DNA from: Trichomonas gallinae
Lineage: Eukaryota
Reading direction: 5' to 3'
NCBI GenBank assembly: GCA_008369845.1
Contig: MRSU01006285.1
Location: 1 to 38,052, forward strand
Length of the DNA stretch: 38,052 nucleotides
Each line of letters begins with the position of its first letter. The stretch's first letter is position 1. The notes beneath the pieces were generated by a model that was given only the letters and a program-made list of their open reading frames with translations, searched no databases and was not told the origin of the DNA. A program made the translations under genes and the position numbers. Of this stretch, positions 32,420 to 38,052 are shown in pieces.

Positions 32420-33124
32420 TTATATAATTCCTGAAAGTGTGCCAACAGAGAAACTTGATTTTGGTTTTGGTTTATGATAATTTTGATTTTCGTGAGTATG
32501 GTTGTATAATTTAGGCTTCTTATCTTTTGTGGGTGTCGGCCTCGATGAATCTGTTGCTTGTCCATGAGGGAACTCCAACGTCTTGGTATTTGGTGTCGTC
32601 TGCTGTTCCTTAGCTGGCGATGGCGTAGATACAGCATCTTGCTTCGGTTGAGGGTTAAATGAAGGGGCATTTGATGGCTGTGGATTGAACGAATGAATGG
32701 GACTCTCTGCTGCAGGTGATGGCTGGAATTGGCGAACATCTGGTTGTGGTCGTGATTTTGGTGAAGTATTTGTTGGAATTGGCTGTGTTTTTCTATTTCC
32801 AGTGCCGAGAATATTTTGTGGTTGTTTATAACGCCCAAATTGTTCATTTTTAGTGAAGTTTTGCTTTGTATACGTTCTATTCTTATTATAATGTGGTAGA
32901 TTTGAATCATCTCCTCTAGGATATTGTGTTTTTGGCGATAGATATTGTTTTTGTCTGTATTCTTGATAATTATCTTGTTTTGGTTTTGCATAAGAATTTT
33001 GAGCATAAGAATTCTTTCCTTGTTTGTGCTGCTTCTTAGATTCATTCATAATATCGATGTAATCGTTCTTGAAACCATCGTCGAAAGGTGGACGATCACC
33101 GGCAATGCTGAATTCATTATTCAT
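32420..33124 (-). CDS. Low-complexity Q/P/K/N-rich hypothetical protein
   Basis: ATG at 33124 (MNNEFSIAG); the track starts at an upstream TTG. Contains two SFNPQP motifs. Confidence 0.65.
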   Translation of the reverse strand: MNNEFSIAGDRPPFDDGFKNDYIDIMNESKKQHKQGKNSYAQNSYAKPKQDNYQEYRQKQYLSPKTQYPRGDDSNLPHYNKNRTYTKQNFTKNEQFGRYKQPQNILGTGNRKTQPIPTNTSPKSRPQPDVRQFQPSPAAESPIHSFNPQPSNAPSFNPQPKQDAVSTPSPAKEQQTTPNTKTLEFPHGQATDSSRPTPTKDKKPKLYNHTHENQNYHKPKPKSSFSVGTLSGII

Positions 33125-33160
33125 CCTTCTGTGTAAAACATTGGTTACTTTTTGACTAAG

Positions 33161-33209
33161 TTTACATGTCAAATAGAATTTACATGTCAAATTAAGTTTA
33201 CTTGTCAGA
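33161..33209 (-). repeat. Three copies of TTTACATGTCAAA at an 18-bp period, upstream of the 33124 ATG
   Basis: Copies at 33161-33173 and 33179-33191, plus the variant TTTACTTGTCAGA at 33197-33209. Confidence 0.8.
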
Positions 33210-33273
33210 TTGTCTAAGATGAAAAAACTTGTTGGAATAAAAATGAAACAAATATTTTATTTCTACTCTAATA

Positions 33274-34290
33274 TTATTTCTTCTGTGCACGAAGTTTGAA
33301 GTTTTGCGTTTTGAGATAATCTTCCGCTGATTTAACTGCCCAAGGCTGGTCATACAAATATGTTGATGTATATAATTCTGGTATGTCTGTCATTCTAGAC
33401 TCTAGCAAAACCTCATTCTCAGTGAAAGTATAAGGATTTTCTAAAAATGCATCTGCTGCGCATATCTGTTCCTTGCATTTAAGTGCTTCAACGAGCAAAT
33501 CATTGATAGGAGCAACACTGACTTGAATTGGACGGAATTGACCAGAACTTTCATTAGACATTACAGGGAAGTGTATTGAGAACGCCTTTCTTGCCTGTGG
33601 TAAACTAAGCTCAAAACCTAATGGATCAATGGGTGCTGTATTCTCGTTAATAAGAGTTCCAAGATTTTCCATCTTAAACACATCAACGTTGAAAATGGAC
33701 TTTAAGAACTGGTCGCACTTGATTTCGCCGTTATTTGCTAAGTGTTTAGCTTCGATATGTGATAAAATTTTAAGTGATACCATTCCAGGTAAAGCGTAAG
33801 GTGCCTGCATTAGCTTCGATAATGCAGGAGAGAGCCTTACCATCGGCTGTGACCAAAAGCATTTGACAATTAAAGACGGAGTTCCTGGATTTACTAAATT
33901 TGTTTCGAAAAATTCTTTAGAAATTTCAGCTTCAGTAATTCTTTTGATAATTTGTCCTTGTGTTTCGATTGTTATTGATGAAAAAACTGATCCTAGCGGT
34001 ATATTTGTCGAATATAATTGAAAAATAAGACTTTGTGGTTGATCTTGTCGAATTTCTGCAATAACAGTTGTCTTTCCGACTGATTCTATAACAGGAATTG
34101 ATGATAATTGGTCTGAATCCAGAACAGGTTGCTCTTTAATAAATGTTGTGAGTTCATTGTCTATGGCCATAAGCCTTTTTATAGCATTCTCGTAATGTTT
34201 TATCTCATCTGCGAAGTCTGGGTCGTCTTTTAACCAATTTGTGGCGAAAATCTCGTGAAAAAGTGCACATTCAGATGGTGCTGGAATCAT
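33274..34290 (-). CDS. SWIB/MDM2-domain protein, BAF60/SMARCD-like
   Basis: VRLSPALSKLM...KILSHIEAKHL...IKCDQFLKSIF....FKMENLGTLI is a SWIB pattern. The C-terminal FLENP..F and LYDQPWA match the recalled BAF60 tail. Confidence 0.8.
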   Translation of the reverse strand: MIPAPSECALFHEIFATNWLKDDPDFADEIKHYENAIKRLMAIDNELTTFIKEQPVLDSDQLSSIPVIESVGKTTVIAEIRQDQPQSLIFQLYSTNIPLGSVFSSITIETQGQIIKRITEAEISKEFFETNLVNPGTPSLIVKCFWSQPMVRLSPALSKLMQAPYALPGMVSLKILSHIEAKHLANNGEIKCDQFLKSIFNVDVFKMENLGTLINENTAPIDPLGFELSLPQARKAFSIHFPVMSNESSGQFRPIQVSVAPINDLLVEALKCKEQICAADAFLENPYTFTENEVLLESRMTDIPELYTSTYLYDQPWAVKSAEDYLKTQNFKLRAQKK

Positions 34291-34662
34291 TCACAAGTTT
34301 TGATTTTTGATTCTTTCATCTTTGTAAAGTTTAATTGTTATATTATTGATATCATTGAATAAAAACCCTCCAAACTGATTTTTGAAATTTTGCAAAAAAT
34401 ATTTTATAACAAAATAACCGATTTTACTGTAAATATATCTTATAATAATCACACCGATAATGAAATTAAAGCAAATTTGTCTATAAACAATCGTTTTAAA
34501 AATCAAAATATATTTTGATATTTATAGGCAGAATACGAGAAAGACAACAATATTTCGACAAGATAATGTGTAAACAGCTTTGTAAATAAGTTAAATCGAC
34601 GAAAAAATTTTACAGATTAAAATCTCTAATGAAGTACATAAAAGTCAATACAAGGATGATGC

Positions 34663-36000
34663 TTATTTGCTATCTGAATCAGAATCACTGACCCTATCGA
34701 GAGCACTAACAAATGGAGTTCCTGTAACAACGCCTGAATCCTTTAACATATTTGCTATTCCTGTACCCTTAGCTAAAGAAGCTTCTATCAATTCCATTTC
34801 TCTGGAATTGAGTAATTTATAACATTCATTGCAAACATGTTTTGGTTCAACTGAAAGACCTGGAAGACGTATAGAATTCTTAAAACAATCACCACATATA
34901 CATTTTCCGCACCATCTACAGTGATGGCGACGAATAAATAATGTAAATTTCTTCTTGCACTCCATGCAAACCGGAGCCTGGTCATCTGGAATCCATACAG
35001 GTGCAAAACCACTAATTTCAAGCTTAGCACGTTGAAGACCGTTGGTTTCAAGCATCTTATCGAAACCTTTAAGAAATTCTGATTTTGCCTTTGGACTTTC
35101 GAGGTTGCATCTGAAAGACTTATCTTTCTGACGAACATCAATTGCATTTTCGAACGGTGGATTATCATCAGCTGGTTTAATTAAGTATTCTCCACTCTTA
35201 TAAAACTTGTTCAACTTCCAAGATGTTACAAGAATTGTTTCTAATATCAGCAAGCCATCATTGAACATAACCAAATAACGCTTATTTGTATAACTTCTTG
35301 AAAACTTCGTAGCAGGGCCGTGGAAGTATAATCTTCTTCCTCTAACGCCAATGATATCGAAATCGTAAACTTTTGACTGAAGCTCGGTCATTTGGTTGAA
35401 TTCATCGAAGTATTCTAAGTTTTGATCCACATTTGCAATTGCCGCCATAATTTCCTGGAGGCGCTGATTAAGTTGCTTGTATTCATCTAATTCTTTCGGA
35501 GTATATTTGATGAGTTCTTGAAGAAGTAAACGATAACGTGGTGGTCTTTGGACTGGAGTGATTAAAAATGCATCAACTGTATCATGAGTGTTCATTTCGA
35601 AATATTCGCAAACCTTATTAAACGCTGCAATTTTACTTCTCTCAACCTTCAATAAAGGCTGGCAGACATGATACAATTTGATGTAGTTGATGTATTCTGC
35701 CACAAGATCAGACAAACCATCGAAAGCATCAGCTGGATTTTTAGTCTGAGATGCAACTATAGTGATATGAAGTTTCTCAACGAAAACTTTGCTTTTATCT
35801 TCAATACCTGTTAAGCTTTCGAACATTTCTAAGATTTTCGGGTGATAAAAGATTATTTCTTCTGCTTCTTTCATTTTCTTCAGCTTAGCAGTAATCAATG
35901 TATTGACCAATTGCAAGCCCATAAGGTATGTATGCTCAGTTTTGATAATTTCATTGACAACGTTTTGCCTTTTCTTGATAAGATCGGCGCTCTTTGACAT
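34663..36000 (-). CDS. DH-PH-FYVE RhoGEF (FGD/frabin-like)
   Basis: DH motifs RQNVVNEIIKTEHTY and FLITPVQRPPRYRLLLQELIKYT; PH segment RYLVMFNDGLL; FYVE motifs WIPD..CMEC..F..RRHHCRWCG..C..C..VCNEC. Confidence 0.92.
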   Translation of the reverse strand: MSKSADLIKKRQNVVNEIIKTEHTYLMGLQLVNTLITAKLKKMKEAEEIIFYHPKILEMFESLTGIEDKSKVFVEKLHITIVASQTKNPADAFDGLSDLVAEYINYIKLYHVCQPLLKVERSKIAAFNKVCEYFEMNTHDTVDAFLITPVQRPPRYRLLLQELIKYTPKELDEYKQLNQRLQEIMAAIANVDQNLEYFDEFNQMTELQSKVYDFDIIGVRGRRLYFHGPATKFSRSYTNKRYLVMFNDGLLILETILVTSWKLNKFYKSGEYLIKPADDNPPFENAIDVRQKDKSFRCNLESPKAKSEFLKGFDKMLETNGLQRAKLEISGFAPVWIPDDQAPVCMECKKKFTLFIRRHHCRWCGKCICGDCFKNSIRLPGLSVEPKHVCNECYKLLNSREMELIEASLAKGTGIANMLKDSGVVTGTPFVSALDRVSDSDSDSK

Positions 36001-36788
36001 GAAAAAATAACAAAAAAAAATCTGAAATGGCCGAAATTAAATCAATTTAAATCAATTCTTTAAACATTCTAATGATAGAAGATAAATTTCGGTTGATTCA
36101 AGTCAAAATAAAAATGGATTTTGTATTCAAAAAGTTTGTTTTCCAGTTGAATATTGTTCATATAACAATGCTGAAGCAAATTATAGAATCTGGAGAAAAA
36201 TTGAATGCTAACTCATTTCAGAAAGATTCAACGAGCTTGGCATATTGATTATGGTGCTATAATCTGCACAAATATGCAAAAAAATTGATAGAAATTTTCC
36301 GAGATCGAAAATGAACTCGGATGTTGTTTGATTTTTGCACGAAAACATGCAGTAGTGGGTCTTATATGAATACTGAGCCCAACTCTTCAAAATTAATTAA
36401 ATTAGAGATTTGAATAACGATCAGGCGAATCGTGCAAAAAATGAACGAAAATTTTGAAAAAATTGAAAAATCTCAAAATTAACACCTTTAAAACATAATT
36501 TTAATTGGTGGGATCAAATATATTATAGTAATAGATTGTAAATAATCAGTCAAAAACACAAATTGTAACTTATCCAAAATTTTTGAAAATTTTTGGTCTC
36601 AGATCTCCAGCGTAATTCTGTAAATTTGTTCACCTTTAGGCTGGGTATAGAATCATCTGTAGATGAAGAATAACCGTATGTGAAATTTTTAATTCTCAAA
36701 TTTATTGTCGTTTTAGTTGTAATTTAACAATACACAATGGTTTATTAGTACTAAATTATGAATTAGAACAATAATTTTGTCAACAAGC

Positions 36789-36843
36789 CTGTAAAAAACA
36801 AAAGATTATTGCGAATTTCTGTAAAAAACAATATCGCGAATTT
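36789..36843. repeat. Imperfect 2-copy tandem repeat, CTGTAAAAAACAA...GCGAATTT
   Basis: Copies at 36789-36818 and 36819-36843, downstream of the 36908 stop. Confidence 0.55.
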
Positions 36844-36907
36844 GAAGATTCTTCTCTTCAAATATTATTATGTAGCATTTTGTGTTCGTGACTATTGATC
36901 TTCGTTT

Positions 36908-37768
36908 TTAAAGAGGAATATCAGGCTTTGCTTGTTTCGTAGGTATTGCCGTATATTCGATGAGTTTGACTTTCATCTTTGAGAAATATTCCCAATCGTG
37001 ACAATCACTTCGATTTATTCCTAAGCCTTCGATAATCTTCAACATTGCTAAATCGGGACGTAAAATTTCAGCATCAATACGCTCAGCTATAGCTTTGAAT
37101 TTGTATTTTTGGTTGTGTTCGAAGCATTTTCCGACAAATGTCCAATTCGATAATGATCGCATTGCTTTTGCCTTCTTGAAGATTGGATATATCAATCTGG
37201 ATATGAATGAAAGTATCCAGAACAATAAAGCAGTAAACCTCCTCTTAAATTCAAGTCGATGCCTAACAGAAAATCCATCTAATGGGACGGATTCCTGATC
37301 AATGTACCACGTATTATCGATGTTTATTGGTGCAGGTAGAGGAGTTTCTGTGTGAGAAATATTCCAAAAATCGATTAAACTAAATCCACTGCTGGTTTGA
37401 ATTGCTTCCATTTTTGTAGCAACAAAAGGTAAATGGTTGAATGCAGCTTCTATAACTGCTTGAGGATATGAAAAGCAACCATCAACAAATTTTATTTGAT
37501 TTTGATGGGCAAGTTCTTTGATTTCTTCTGTTGAATATTTAGGATGACATGAAACAACGACATCAGCAAGCTGTAAATCAGCAGCTAATTGTCCGAAATT
37601 TGCAAAATTCATTGCAATCTGGAAAGGTGGAAGAACAGTTCCTTCTTTATAAAGACCAGTTGGCACAGCAACATTCAGATAATGAAAGTGGTCATTAATT
37701 ATGCGAATTATTGACTGGCCTAGGTCTGTGTCTGGCGCTAAAATAATGAGATTAAATCTCTTAGGCAT
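36908..37768 (-). CDS. Degenerate saccharopine-dehydrogenase-like (SCCPDH-like) Rossmann protein with a hydrophobic C-proximal helix
   Basis: RFNLIILAPDTDLGQSII..NVAV, ADVVVSCHPKY and IKFVDG segments; hydrophobic FTALLFWILSFISRLIYP. Confidence 0.6.
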   Translation of the reverse strand: MPKRFNLIILAPDTDLGQSIIRIINDHFHYLNVAVPTGLYKEGTVLPPFQIAMNFANFGQLAADLQLADVVVSCHPKYSTEEIKELAHQNQIKFVDGCFSYPQAVIEAAFNHLPFVATKMEAIQTSSGFSLIDFWNISHTETPLPAPINIDNTWYIDQESVPLDGFSVRHRLEFKRRFTALLFWILSFISRLIYPIFKKAKAMRSLSNWTFVGKCFEHNQKYKFKAIAERIDAEILRPDLAMLKIIEGLGINRSDCHDWEYFSKMKVKLIEYTAIPTKQAKPDIPL

Positions 37769-38052
37769 CTTTTTTCAAAAATGAAATATTACATGTCAAA
37801 AAAGTCAATTTACACTTTACATGTCAGATTTTTCTGAAAAAAAAATGATTTTGTTTTTCTTTTACTATTATAGTAAATATTTTGAGCTCATACGAGAGAG
37901 TAATATTATTATACTACGAAACTGATATGACTGGTTTGATATAATCTCCAAAATAAAGACTTGTTATATTTGATCTTCATTATGATATACAAAATTTACC
38001 ACAGTAAGTAGGGGAAATTACTATGAATTATGTATTCATTTGATATGACAAT

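Noticed and set aside
32392..33045. 217-aa alternative-frame ORF overlapping the 33124 gene; similarly 17369-18055 in the Pro-rich gene
   Set aside because: Shifted-frame shadow of CCA/CAA-rich low-complexity coding sequence.
33129..33148. Minus-strand GTAACC...ACACAG possible mini-intron before the 33124 ATG
   Set aside because: No CTAAC branch point and no upstream ATG exon.
33161..33209. Regularly spaced repeats considered as a CRISPR-like array
   Set aside because: Units are 13 bp with 5-bp spacers in a eukaryotic context with no cas genes; treated as a cis-element instead.
34291..34506. 71-codon open frame in frame with the SWIB gene, separated from it by a single TGA (possible recoding)
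   Set aside because: TTG start and F/I/N/K/Y-rich composition typical of non-coding AT-rich DNA; the SWIB ATG follows directly.

Overview
AT-rich eukaryotic DNA, most likely a trichomonad parabasalid (Trichomonas or a close relative). Evidence: intronless genes, TCA(T/C)T initiators and AAAGTGAC motifs just upstream of ATGs, mostly TAA stops, R2R3-Myb and TKL kinase genes. There are about 18 protein-coding genes: a partial proteasome beta subunit (PSMB2/PRE1 type), two Mybs, several coiled-coil proteins, CYFIP/Sra-1, a Pro/Gln-rich protein, a TKL kinase, an ARM-like protein, a probable divergent Nup85, TCTE1/DRC5, a BAF60-like SWIB protein, a DH-PH-FYVE RhoGEF and a degenerate saccharopine-dehydrogenase-like protein. 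No rRNA, tRNA, CRISPR or intact transposon was seen. Best leads: (1) a candidate eIF4E-binding scaffold (N-terminal YxxxxLL plus 11 PPGF motifs) head-to-head with CYFIP; (2) an MLKL-like helical domain fused to an intact kinase; (3) the divergent Nup85; (4) a recurrent TTGACATGTAAA upstream element; (5) a 50-bp inverted repeat pair enclosing a small gene and a G-quadruplex motif. All family calls come from recalled motifs; no searches were run.
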